A stretch of DNA of 64,000 bases from Sminthopsis crassicaudata. Its lineage: Eukaryota. Positions 25,968 to 37,949 of the stretch are shown piece after piece (within the stretch, counting starts at the first letter, position 1; every line of letters begins with the position of its first letter). The notes beneath the pieces were generated by a model. That model was not told the origin of the DNA and ran no database searches. It worked only from the letters and a program-made list of their open reading frames with translations. Location of the stretch: NCBI RefSeq assembly GCF_048593235.1, contig NC_133619.1, positions 579,445,963 through 579,509,962 on the forward strand, given 5' to 3'. A program made the position numbers and the translations under genes.

Positions 25968-27801
25968 GACACAGAGTGGTTTCTTTTCAAAGTCTTCTAT
26001 TCCACATCTGTTATGGAATCCCTATTTACCCCTTATTGTTCTACTTCGAATGTGGGAGTGTTGCTCTTGTTGCCATGCTCAGAACAGGATGACCTAGTGG
26101 AAAGTGCACTCCATTTGGCATCCAGAGATGACATATTGTTGTCTTTTCTGTACAGCCCACAGCACAGGGCCTGACCTGGAGGAGGTACTTAATGCTTATT
26201 GAGCTGAATGGCCTCTCGGCTCCAGTATTCATAATTTTGTAACTATGGGCCTTGGTCAAGTCATTTGACCCACTTGAGCCTTAACTTTTTTAAGATGAAG
26301 ATAAAATAGTACCTACCTCACAGCTGGTATGGGAAAGTGCCTTGCAAAAACCTTACAGTGTTAGAAAAAAGACTATGGAGTTCTTGCCTGAGACTGAGAG
26401 GAGACCCTAAAAGTCCCAGGACTTTGACTCTTAATTGAGTTAGAAAATGATTAGCCTTCCTAGAAATTCAGGGCCCCAAGATGGGTTTTAGACAGGGATA
26501 GGGGCATGCCCCTTAGTACCATTTTGGTCCCTGGTGTCTTTGAGTAGCCACATGGACACCCATACCTCTTGCTTAGTAGAAGGGCTAGACATTAATGCTG
26601 AGGACTGATTGGAGAAGAGGAACTAATAATAGCTTACATTTCTATAGTAGGTTAGCATGTGTTACTTAGTGTATGTAAGTATTATTATCTCTATATTCAG
26701 ATGAGGCAATAGTTTAAGGGAAAGTAAGTCCAAATCTATTGTCACTCAGCTAATAAGTGGAAATCATACAAGGTCTTCTGACTTGTGGAAGCATATGAAC
26801 CAGCACAAAAAGTGACTTGACTATGAATCAGAAGATCTGGGTTCTGCTATGTATTAGCCATGTGACTTTATACAAGTCGTCTTTGACTTTCTGGAAATCC
26901 AGCTCTAATATTCTATAATCCTATGATTCTTCAGGATTCTTTCAACTCTGCCAGCTTTGCATCCTTTTTTCCTTTACATAAGACTCTATAAGTGCTAGAA
27001 GCCTATGTCCTAGAGACCAGAAGGCTGGAGAAGAGGAATGAGGAGTTTTGGAATGGGAAAAGGAAAAGAATGGGCAGAGAAGTCCAGGAGTGTGGAAAAC
27101 AGCCCTAAAAATAGATGCTGAGCTTTTCTGGACATACCTACCCCTGCCTATGTGGAAAGGAGGCAGGTCTCCAGACAGGTGAACTACAGTGGCCTGTAGA
27201 AAGAATAAAAGCTCCCATTCCTTAGTGTTTCAAGACTTAATTTTGCTCACAACAACTATGTGGCATAGGCATTCCATTTTATAGATAGGTTCAGAGAGGG
27301 AAGTGATTTGTCCAAGGTCACTCTGCCAACATGAGAGCTAGAGCTCACATCAGGCTCTCTTAACTCCATGCCCAATGTTCTTTCAACCACACTGATACCC
27401 TTTGCCCTTAGATCTCCCCTCCTCCTGGCCTCTTTGTCTTCTCTCAATCCCTCTGTGGACTATGGGTCCAAGCTGAGCCCAGACCTTTGTGGAACTAGAT
27501 TGCTGTAGGGGAGGAGACCCTGACCAAGCAGAGGGAATACGGAAAGCCTTATCAGTTGCTCCCAGAGTCTCCTATGAGAAACAATGTTTTTTCTATTATC
27601 AGTAGTGTGCTAGGAGGGATGTTCAAGGAGGCAGAAGGCTGGATTTGGAGTCTGAAAATATGGGTGCAGATACCAGTCTGCTACTTATTATGTGTATGAC
27701 CTTGGTCTCAGATTTCTCCTCTGTAATGGGGAGTTTGAACTCTGTGGTCAGAGGGCCTTTCCAGCTCGACGTCCTATGATCCTAAGAAGAATGGGCCTTC
27801 C

Positions 27802-28122
27802 TCAGCCTGGCCCCAAGTAAGTGAGCTGGGCCAAACCATCACGGATGGAAGGGAAATATTGGAGTCCAGTGTGGTGGAGGCGACAGCGATAGTGACCACA
27901 GGCCTTGGCGTACTGCAGGAAGCGTGGTGCCCCTGGGAACAGCACGTGATCTGCCAGCACAATGGCACCAGTAGGCAGCAGAGCTTGGGCTTCCAGGAGC
28001 TGCAGGTCCCGCAGGTAGCAGCGAGGCCGGTGCCCTAGGAGCACTAGTCCAGCTCCATGTAGTCTATATTGGGTCTTTAGGTTGGGGATCACCTCTTCAG
28101 AACGCCCCACGATCAGCTCCAC
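27802..28122 (-). CDS. TOMT: TOMT coding exon 3 ([10 protein letters not shown]...AQLTYLGPG*)
   Basis: Matches the mammalian TOMT/COMT2 C-terminus. CAG acceptor 28125-28123, 321 nt including the stop. Confidence 0.97.
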   Translation of the reverse strand: MELIVGRSEEVIPNLKTQYRLHGAGLVLLGHRPRCYLRDLQLLEAQALLPTGAIVLADHVLFPGAPRFLQYAKACGHYRCRLHHTGLQYFPSIRDGLAQLTYLGPG

Positions 28123-28711
28123 CTGCCAGATGGGGACATATGAGAAGAGGGACAGCAGGAGGAGCAGTGTAAGGAGAGAGGGAAGAAATGATAGGCAGAA
28201 GAAAGCCTATTTTCTTCCTATAGGGACTTCCTGTGTGGTCATTCCTCCTTTCATACACAAGGGAGACAGGGAAGAAAATGGGAGAGTGAAAAGAAGTCCA
28301 GGTTCAAACTTGATTAGTCAAATTTATATTGTGAATTTCAGGAAGTCTTTTCTCTTCCCTAAACCTCAGTTTCCCCTTTTATAAAAATCAAGTGCTTTCC
28401 ATAGCAGATATTTGAGCTCTAACATTGTGGTCTGCATTCTGAGCTTCTTTCCAGTTTTAAAACAATTACATATTCTAAAGGTCCTTAGAGTTCTAACATT
28501 CATTGTTTGCTTTTCCTCCCCAGGGTAGAGGCTCTCACCATATGGGCTCACGTGGAGGTGTGGGGAAGAGCATCTTAGGTGGGGAAAGCTGAAGGAGGAA
28601 GACCTGCCACCATAAGGCTGGCAGGGTGTGCCGGCCTATATGGGACCAGGAGAACTTGGTGGATCAGTCTCCCAAAGGAAAGTGAGATGAAAGGGTAGGA
28701 AAGAATCTCAC

Positions 28712-28908
28712 CTTGGACTCATCAAAGCCAGCCAGGCGGATGACTTTTTCTGCTACGGTTGCCGTCTTAGGGTCCATCTCAATAGTGAGGACCCGACTGC
28801 CTGGAGGTAGGGCCTGAGCAATGAGCAGGGTAGCATAGCCACAGCGGGTACCCAGCTCTAGCACCAACTCTGGGGCCTGTTGTGTAATTAGGCGGGTCAG
28901 GATCTGAC
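28712..28908 (-). CDS. TOMT: TOMT coding exon 2 ([27 protein letters not shown]...AGFDESK)
   Basis: SAM-binding motif I region, 197 nt, AG at 28910-09 and donor GTGAGA at 28711. Confidence 0.97.
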
Positions 28909-29371
28909 CTGGGGAGAGAACCAAGCCACAGGCTGGACATGGGGAGAAAGAAGACCGAGCCCCTCATTCTCAGGAAATCTCTGGTTTGAGGTGGAACACA
29001 CAACCCCTCTTTTGGGAGAGCCTGGGGTCTAAGAAGGACATTACTGGGTGAGGTCCCAGAGTAAATTAATGGCATTTTCAGGATTAGAAGCCAGGCCTTT
29101 TCATGATCTGCCTGAGGTATTTTCCACATCAGCGTTTTTAGCACAGCAGCATGGGAGAGTGGAAAGAACGCTAGAATTAGCCAATGAGGACTCAGGTCCC
29201 AGGTCTTCTACTTGTGGGCAAGCAATTCAATAATTCTGGGCTTTGGTGCCTTCCCCTGTTTTAACTAAATAGTAACTAAGCTCTCTTTTAATATGAAATC
29301 CTCTGACCGTCTGTTATCAAATTGGTTCTTAAGGAGGGCTTCTGAGGAGGTGAATTTAGGGTGGGCCTGAC

Positions 29372-29630
29372 CTTTTAGAGGTCCCAGGTGGGCCAGGTAT
29401 TCGCAGCGGCTGCTCCAATGGTCAAAGGTGGCAAGGATGTGGCCAGGATCTCCAGGCAGGGCATTGGTCAGCACATAGCTAAAGGCACGTTCCTCCGGTC
29501 GTAATCCCGTCAAGCAGTCACGAATCCCCCGAAGTAACACAGCCCGGACCAGCAGCCGGAAGTAGTGGCGGTATCGGGCCAGCAGGGTCACCACCAGAGG
29601 CAGGAAGGCCAGTGCAATGGCAGGAGACAT
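29372..29630 (-). CDS. TOMT: TOMT coding exon 1 ([17 protein letters not shown]...LGPLK)
   Basis: N-terminal transmembrane segment typical of TOMT, 259 nt, donor GTCAGG. The full protein is 258 aa, as in mouse. Confidence 0.97.
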
Positions 29631-30079
29631 ATTTTTGCTCCTCCAGGGATTTGCAGGAGGGAAAAGATAGGACAGATAAGGACATTCAGAGAACAGCCAC
29701 AGAAAACCAGAAGGGCCCTCAGAGCTCCTCTAGACTGGTTCAACTTGTGAAATCTCTTATGTGCCACCCTCTCTAATAAGACACCTGGCTGCTAGTGAGT
29801 GAGTGTTTTTGAGACGTTAGGGTTAGAGATACCCCAAGATCACACACTGAGCCAGACCTGGAACCTAAAACTACTAACTCCCAACTCAAAATTCTTTTTC
29901 TGTATTTCTAGATTTTCTAAATGAGTGACCTCTTCCTAAATTTGGTAACTTTGAAAAACATTACTTTTCACTCCCAGAAGATGAAAAAATAAGTTAGGAA
30001 TCCTAGATTCTAGTTCCTAGCACTGTCACTCTCTCTCCTTAAGTTGTGGGGTTGGGGGCTTCCTAGAGTTCCTACTTAC

Positions 30080-30136
30080 CTGATCTGAAGGCCCAGCCTG
30101 GAACAGAGAATAAAACAAGAGTGGAGAAGCCCCAGA
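30080..30136 (-). other. candidate TOMT 5' UTR exon (57 nt, or 18 nt from the acceptor at 30098)
   Basis: Consensus donor CAG|GTAAGT (30079-30074), with two polypyrimidine-CAG acceptors ending at 30137 and 30098. Confidence 0.45.
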
Positions 30137-30487
30137 CTGGGGAAAAGAGAGATAAAGATAAAGACAGATGCTCCAGGAGAGGCTGCCAGTCCTCTTCAAT
30201 TATTAACTGTTACCTGAGAGTAGAAGTTCAGGTTACTATAGACCAGGTGGAAGCTGGAGTTATTTCTCTGCTCTCCTCTCATACCCCAGGCTGTCTGCTT
30301 CCTAGTTTACCCCTAAGGGCCTCAGGTATGGCCTTTCTAAACTTCTGGATCCTAATTTTTAGAGAATGAAGGATTGGATCCAGATCATGGCTGCTGAAAC
30401 CCAATAGTTCCTCTCCAAAAAGTAGATTTAAAGTTCAGTTCTCTATATGAAGGGTATGGTGCCAGATTTTTTTAAGATTTAGGGTTA

Positions 30488-30745
30488 TATTCTTTCTAGA
30501 TCCGATTTTTCTTGTGCAGCAAGATAAGTATAAATAAATATACATATATTGTATTTAACATACTTTAACATGTATTGTTCTACCTGCCATCTAGGGAAGG
30601 GGGTAGGGGGAAGGAAGGGAAAAGTTGGGACAGAAGGTTTTGCAAGGGTCAATGTTGAAAAGTTACCCATGCATATGTTTTGTAAATAAAAAGCTTTAAT
30701 AATAATAAAAAAATATATATTGCCCCCCCCAAAAAAAAAAAGAAA
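30488..30745 (+). mobile_element. L1 3' end with poly(A)
   Basis: L1 3' UTR (ctacctgccatctagggaaggg...catgcatatgttttgtaaataaaaagc). Confidence 0.85.
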
Positions 30746-30761
30746 AAGATTTAGTGTTAGA

Positions 30762-30897
30762 GTAGATAGAGTACCAGCCCTGAAGTCAAGAGGACTTGAA
30801 TTCAAATCTTATCTCAGACACTTAATACTTCCTGGCTATGTGACCCTGGGAAAGTCACTTAACCCCAACTGCCTCAGCAAAAAAGAAAAAAAAAAAA
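30762..30897 (+). mobile_element. WSINE1 (5'-truncated)
   Basis: WSINE1 body ending gcctcagc plus an A tail. Confidence 0.85.
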
Positions 30898-31099
30898 GTT
30901 AGGGTTAGAGACTCTCCTCAAAGCCAAAAATTGAGCCAGGCCTGAAATCGAAGACAATTAACTTCCAACACAGAACTCTTCATTGTATTTCTAGATTTCC
31001 TATGTAAATGACTCCTTCCTAAATTTGAGAACTTTGAGAAACATCCCTTTCCAAATTTGGACTTTGTCACTTCGTTGACATGTAACCTTGAGCAAATCA

Positions 31100-33607
31100 C
31101 TTTTTTTCCTTCTCCCTCTTAAAAAATTTAATATTTTTATTTTCCCCAGTAAAACAAATTTTTTACATTTGTTTTGAAAACTTTTGAGTTCCAAATTCTC
31201 TTCTCACTTTCCTATTGAGAAGACACATGTGAAGTTATGCAAAATATTTTCATAAAAGTAATATAACCACAAAAAAAACAAACAAACATAAGTTTACCCC
31301 CCAAAGAAAAACTCTTAAAAACAATTAAGTGTAAACAAAAATATGCTTCAATCTGTATTTAGAAATAATTCTTAGGGTATGGAGAGTTTTTTCCATAAGT
31401 CCTTCAGAGTAGTCTTGGATCCTTATATTAATGGGAATAGCAAAGTCATTCACAGCTGATCATCCCACAATATTGCTATTACTTTGTACACAGTATATTT
31501 CATTTTTCTGGAGTTCATGGAGGACTTTCCAGGTGTTTTTGAGAGCGTTTTGCTCATCGTTCCTCATACAAAAATAATATTCCATCAAAACCATATACCA
31601 CAGTTTTATTCAAGCATTCCCAATTGATGGGCATCTCAGTTTCCAATTCTTTGCCCTGAGAAAAGCATTAGTATAAATATTTTTGTACATGTGATTCTTT
31701 TCTTTTTTTTATTTTAATTTCTTTCAGTAGTCATGTATAATAGTGATATTGTTAGGTCGAAGATATGCATGATTTAAAAACCCTTTGGGTATAGTTCATA
31801 TCTTTTTATCATTTATCAGTTGGACCATAGCTCTTATTTTTTATAAATTTGACTCAATTTATCATACATTTGAGAAATGAGGACTTCATCAGGGAAACTT
31901 GCTTCAAAATTGTTTTCACAATTACTATTGCTATCTGTATCCCCTCCCCATTTTATTCTCTCCTTTCACTCCATTACTCCTCAAAAGTGTTTTGCTTCTA
32001 ACCAGCCTTTCTCCCAACGTGCTGTACCCTCTCTTCTATCACTCTTTCCCCTTTCTGTTAACTCTTTCCCCTCCAGATTTTTCTTTCCTCTTTTACTGCA
32101 GGTAATTTATATCATTCCACTTCACCCTTTCCCCTTTCCCAGTACATTTCTCTCTCACCCTTTAATTTTATTTTTTAGATATTATCCCTTCACATTCAAC
32201 TCACACCTCTGCTTCTGACTGTATATATTTCTTCTAATTGCCATAATAATGAGAAAGTTCTTATGAGTTACAAGTATCATCCTCCCATGTAGGAATGAAA
32301 ACAGATGAACATTAAGTCACTTATGATTGTTCTTTCCTGATTACTTCCGTAGGCTTCTTCTGAGTCCTGTATTTGAAAATAAAATTTCTATTCAGTTTTG
32401 TTCTTTTTGTGCTCTATGTCATTGAATATCCACCTTTCCCCCTGAAGGATTGCACTCAGTTTTTCTGGGTAGGTAATTCTTGCTTGTAATCCTAGCTTCA
32501 TTGCTCGCTGGAATATCATATTCCAAGCCTTCCGATTCTTTAATGTAGAAGCTGCTAAATCTTCTGTTATCCTGACTGTGGCTCCACTCTACTTGAGTTG
32601 CTTCTTTCTGGATGCCTATAATACTTTCTCCTTGACCTAGGAGTTCCAGAATTTGGCTATAATATTCCCAGGAGTTCTCATCTTCAGATCTCTTTCAAGA
32701 GTTGATGGGTAGATTCTTTTTAATTCTGTTTTATCTTCTAGTTCTAATATATCAAGATAATTTTTCTTGATAATGTCTTGAAAGATGATGTCCGGGTTTT
32801 TTGTTAAATTATCTCTCCTGGATCTATTTTCCAGGTTAGTTGTTTTTCCAGTAAGACATTTCACATTGTTTTCCATTTTTAATTCTTTTGGCTTTGTTTT
32901 ATTACTTCTCGATTTCTCATAAAGTCATTAGATTTCATTACTTGCCTTTTAGCTCTTTGTCAAAGTAAGGCTCTGTTTCCAGGGGGGAGGGTATAATGTC
33001 TCAAGTTTTCAGGGTTTTATACAGTTGTTTTCAGAGATCATTCTAGGAATCTGTAAGTTTTCAGTTCTTCCAAGGAGAAGTGTGTTTGAGTGACCACAAG
33101 CACTGATCTAGAACTTTGAGGAGAGTTCCCATTCCACTTTGATTATAAGCTCTAATGTGCTAAAGCAACCGAGAGCTTCCTCAGTGCTAATAAAGAGACC
33201 TTCTCTGATCAGCTATTGAACCTCCTTACCACCTCCAGACTGACAGCTCTGGAAGTTGCCTCTGACCACTGCCAGTGGTTTCCCAAGACCCAGTAACAAA
33301 CCTTTCCTGCCAACCTTCCAAGTTGTCTTTGGTGGTTTCTGGGCTGAGAGGTCTGGAAACCGCCAGTGCTGCCACTGATTCAGAAGTGCCAACCCTGGCT
33401 GGGGCTGTGCTGGCACAGCCTGCACCAGGACTGCCTGTTGGATTCCCACCCTGGGGTAGTAGACCTTTCCTGCTGACCTTGTAAGTTGTCTTCTGCTGAA
33501 AAATTGTTAAAAATTTTAGAGTCATTATTTGAAAGCATTTGAAGAAATTTGGGGGAGAGCTTGGGTGAATCCCTGCTTTTTCTCTATCATCTTGGTTCTG
33601 CCCCCCC
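31100..33607 (-). mobile_element. ~2.5 kb ORF1-only L1 derivative (HAL1-like)
   Basis: L1-type 5' end (GGGGGGCAGAACCAAGATG on the minus strand), ORF1p remnant at 32637-32876 (TNLENRSRRDNL...IIAKF), then spacer and an L1-like 3' UTR. No recognisable EN/RT region. Confidence 0.6.
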
Positions 33608-33989
33608 TTCTTTTTCTTCTTCCTTATGAAGGAACTAGATTTCTAAGGTCTCATTTAGCTGGAGCTGTTAAATGATAGGGTCAATTGATCATAAGATTAG
33701 AGCTAAGAGAAATCTTAGTGGCCATCTAGACCAAAGTCCTCATTTTACAAATACAGAAACTGAGGCCCATAGCCCATATAATCACATGATTTCCCCAAGA
33801 TCACCAAGTAGGTAGTAAATGACAAAACAAGGATCCAAACACAAGCCTTCTGACTTCAAACTCAGTACTTTTTTCTTGCAAATTTCTTATGGTTCCTTAT
33901 TTGTTTTCTCCAGTTGTTTGCAGTTGTCTGCATCCATTGGGTTTCTTAACCAGAACTCAATATGTCTCTCGTTTGTTAATAATGGTCCT

Positions 33990-34360
33990 CATGTGGGATG
34001 GGTGGGGTGCAAGACCCCTTTCCCAATCCAATTAATTAATCAGAGACATCATCACGTACAAAGAGAAAACATGTATTTATTCAGACACACACCTGGGAGC
34101 TATCCCATGCTCCTGCTATGTGCCCCTGGAAACTGACCTGCTTCTGGCTTGTCCAGGGTTTAAAAGACAAAGGACTTGAGCCTTCTCATTGGATAGACTA
34201 AAAGGAGGTAACATCCTTGACCAATAATCACCAATACTGGCTGCCTTCCACAGATCACATCACTTCCTGCAAGTTCCTATATCTCAGGTTCAAAGTCCAT
34301 TCCTCCAGAGAACAAATGCCATCTTCAGGTCCCAAAGTTGTGGAAGCAGGGATCATGTGA
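33990..34360 (-). mobile_element. solo LTR
   Basis: TGTCAC...CCCACA termini on the minus strand, with CCAAT, TATA-like and AATAAA (tttatt 34076-34081) in LTR order. Confidence 0.55.
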
Positions 34361-34929
34361 CAATACTGAGAAATGCTTCATCCAATCAGTCCCATTCACT
34401 CTGAAAAGGGCCATAACTATATATCAGACACCTTGTATTTGTCCTGGTAGGCCAGTGGTCTATTTTCCATACCTGACAATTACCCCTAGTTGTTGTATGG
34501 AACTGCAAGATGCTCTATCTCTCCTGACACATTCTTTTCTTTTTCTCAAGTCCATCTCTCTCTAGGACCATTTAAATTTTTTTCACTATCTTCTTGCACA
34601 ACATAAATGATTTAAGAACCAGTTTTCAAAATTTTCCCCACTATAATTATATCTAGGTTTCTGTAACATGTCCCATCAGGCAGTTTAAGTAATATAAATA
34701 TTGCTTTTCCTTCCTCTTTAGAAATCCTAGGCAGTACCTCAAATGTTTCCATTTTGTTCATAGCTTATTACATAAGGTTATTTCACTACTTTCACAACAT
34801 TGACAATTGCTAAAACTTTTGTTCTAATTTTTCACCTCCTCCCCTTCCCCCCCTGCCAGATGGCAGGTTGACCAATACAAGTTAAATACGTTAAAGTATA
34901 AATATATGTATACATGTCCCTTTAAGAAA

Positions 34930-35779
34930 CTATTTCCTATTGATCTGTGATTCCTTTCAGATTCCCAACCCCTCCTGGCTGAGCCATGTTCTCCCCAGAC
35001 AAATTATCTTTCCAGGATGCCAGACATTCAATTACAAATCCTGGTCAAAAAGTATCCCTTTGAATTCCAATAGTAGATCCGGGCTTGTGCCAGCCGCCAG
35101 GCATTCTGATCTGCTCGGCTTCCCAATCCCCACTAAGACACTCAATAAAACAGCTTCCATCAACTAAAGTCTTTGCAGATGGTCCTCGGTGGCTCCCTCA
35201 GCTGCCAGGACTTTCTGTCCACTGAGAACTACATTCTCTCAGTGTAAAACTCCATTTTCCATAGATCTGCCACTATAGAAGTCAGTCCCTGGTTAAACTG
35301 ATAACCAGAAAACCAGAAAATAAATTTTCATTTTGCAAATAATAATTCGGGAATGAGTGAATTCTTTCACTCCTAGAACCTGCTGCCTATTTAATAGAGA
35401 TTTCTTAATAACTCTCTTATAGCCACTAACTCTAGACCACCAGGAATCTAGATAACTCTCAACCTCATCAATCTCATTCAATTTTGAATTGAATTGAAGC
35501 CCCAAGCCTCAGACAGCTAATAAAAGACAACTCTGAAACCCAAATCTCCTGCAGATGTCCTAACAGGACCTTGCCCACTGTTGAAAGATATTTTCTTCTC
35601 CATGTAATCCGCCTTTGCTATATTCCCCACCCACTAAAAAGGCTGACTTCCCAACAAGCTGTCTTCTTATGGGAAATAAAATTTCTTTTTGCCACAGATT
35701 TTGGGTTTGCAAATTCTTTCGCATAGGACCTGCAGCTCTGACCAAAGGGGAACTTTCACCTCAGTTCTCACACCTTATC
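34930..35779 (+). mobile_element. one or two adjacent LTR fragments
   Basis: AATAAA at ~35143 and ~35674. The ...ctcacaccttatca end resembles the LTR end at 6660-6673. Confidence 0.45.
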
Positions 35780-36154
35780 ACATAGGTCTTAGAACATCAT
35801 ATTTTAAATAGCAAAAAAGGTAGGATTGTGTCTTGAAAATTTACATGATAACTTTCTTATATATTTGGAGGGAATAATAATCTGTGCGTGGTACATTGGA
35901 GTTTTATTCTGTGAATTGAAAATAAAATAATTTTTTTAAAATCACATTTGAATTTGCAAGTCTATTAAAACCCAAACATCTCTTTTCATAGGATTTCACT
36001 CCCATCCTGAATATCAAATGATTTTTTCCTTTGTAAAAATGTTTTTATTGATATCTTTTTATATCACCATAATATCCTTCAGTATCCTTCCCACTCTCTT
36101 CCTACCAAAGAGCCATCCCATACTACAGATATTTTTTAAAGGCAGAAGTGGGGG

Positions 36155-36683
36155 TGTAATGTCAGAGAAACCAAGGCAAGATAGAGATTAGAGAATATTT
36201 AATAATTTATTAAATGGAGAGATATACTGGAACCAAATGGATCCATGGTTTGGTCTCAGGACTGAATGAGACTATCTCCAAAATCCATTCCACAATCACA
36301 GTTCTCAATGACATATATACATGCGGCTCAGACACAGGGGATAGACTGAGGCAGGTGTGGAGTCAGGGTACTGAGATCAGGAACAGGATTCTGACAGGGT
36401 GGGGTGAGCCTCTGGAAAGGGATGACATAATCAGGGGGAGGGGGAAGACACCCTGGACATGAGGAGAGGTATCTTGATAAGACAGTATCTGACATTTCAA
36501 TAATAGCTTGGGATGGGGAGACACATTCTGATATTCTAAAACATAAGATCTTTTATCCTTATCAAATATTCTGATAAAGAGGAAGGGGAGGCTTTGCAGA
36601 ACTGAGCAGGGAAACCGAGGCAGGACTGAGTCAGGATAATTAGGGAAACTGAGTCAGGACAATAAAAGAGAACAGTGGCATAA
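36155..36683 (-). mobile_element. solo LTR with target-site duplication
   Basis: Begins TGTAATG on the + strand and is flanked by TGGGGG on both sides (36149-54 and 36684-89). Minus-strand AATAAA near 36203. Confidence 0.75.
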
Positions 36684-37128
36684 TGGGGGAGGGGGAGAAG
36701 AGAGGGAATCAGCAAAACTGATCAACACAGTTGATTCAATATAGCACAATTTCAGACCTCCCACCTCTGTAAAGGGGATAGGGTTAGAATATCTTCTCAT
36801 ATCTTTTGAGTCATGCTTGTTCTTTTGTCATTTTATTTATAAATATTTCTTATAGCATAATATTCCACTGCACTAATGTACCACAATTTATTTCATTTTT
36901 TCCTAATGAATGAGCATCTTCTTTCCTTCCAAACTTTTGCTGTTAGAAAAAATTGCTGTTATAAACATTTTTGTTTAACTATCATGTAGAAGACAATGGA
37001 GAGATGTATGGTGGGTGTGTGCAGGCCGTAAGATTTCTTCTTATCAATGAACATTTGAAGTATAACTCTAGTGATAGAGCCTCAGGTTTTAACTGATTTT
37101 AGCAATCCCATATAGGTTAAACATGTGC

Positions 37129-37270
37129 NNNNNNNNNNNNNNNNNNNNNNNNNNNNNNNNNNNNNNNNNNNNNNNNNNNNNNNNNNNNNNNNNNNNNNNN
37201 NNNNNNNNNNNNNNNNNNNNNNNNNNNNNNNNNNNNNNNNNNNNNNNNNNNNNNNNNNNNNNNNNNNNNN
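37129..37270. other. assembly gap (142 N)
   Basis: Run of N. Confidence 1.
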
Positions 37271-37382
37271 NTTGCCCAGGGTCAAATAGGTAGGAAATGT
37301 TAAATATCTGAGTCTGCATTTGAACTCGGGTCCTTCTGACTTTAGGGCCAATACTCAATCCATTACATCATCTAACTGTCCC
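37271..37382 (-). mobile_element. WSINE1-type SINE, partly in the gap
   Basis: ttgcccagggtcaaataggtaggaaatgttaaatatctgag...atccattacatcatctaactgtccc. Confidence 0.75.
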
Positions 37383-37949
37383 ATGTGCAATTCTTTTAAA
37401 CATATTTCCATATCTGTCATGCTGTACAAGAAAAATTTCAACTGATTTTTTTAATCAAGGGTTTAATTTTTGGTTTTGGTCTGGATGCATGGTTTTATTC
37501 ACATGGTGAACTTTTAAGTGTGGAAAAGATTCCTTAATTATATCATGCCTGGGTGAAGGGACAGGTCAATTTTCCAGAGCCTCCATTGCTGTGGATCATA
37601 ACACTTAAAGGAGTTGCAAAGCAGCTTTTAGACACAGATGTTCCTTGTGGATTAGGAATGAAATAAATTGGAGGCAAAGGGAAGATGAGGGAGGTCAGAG
37701 AACAGCAACTGCCTCTCAGTCTCCTTGTATCATCATCCTCTGCTCACATAAAGAGATCCATTCTACAGATCTGAGTTAGACCTCCAGCAGTCACTGGCAT
37801 GTGGCTCCCGTATTCCAACACCTAATTAATCACCCATGATCTTACAGATAGTGTGGGCCAGAGGTAGGTCTTGAAATCAGATTTGTTTTTCCCTATGTCA
37901 TATTACCTCTCACGTGTTATTTGAGTTCCTTCCAGAGATGCAGATCATA

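Noticed and set aside
28903-29373. AGGTCAG repeated at both ends of TOMT intron 1, suggesting intron gain by duplication
   Set aside because: The intron position corresponds to the one in COMT (K/G junction, phase 1), so it is ancient. The repeat reflects splice consensus plus the Gly-Gln codons.
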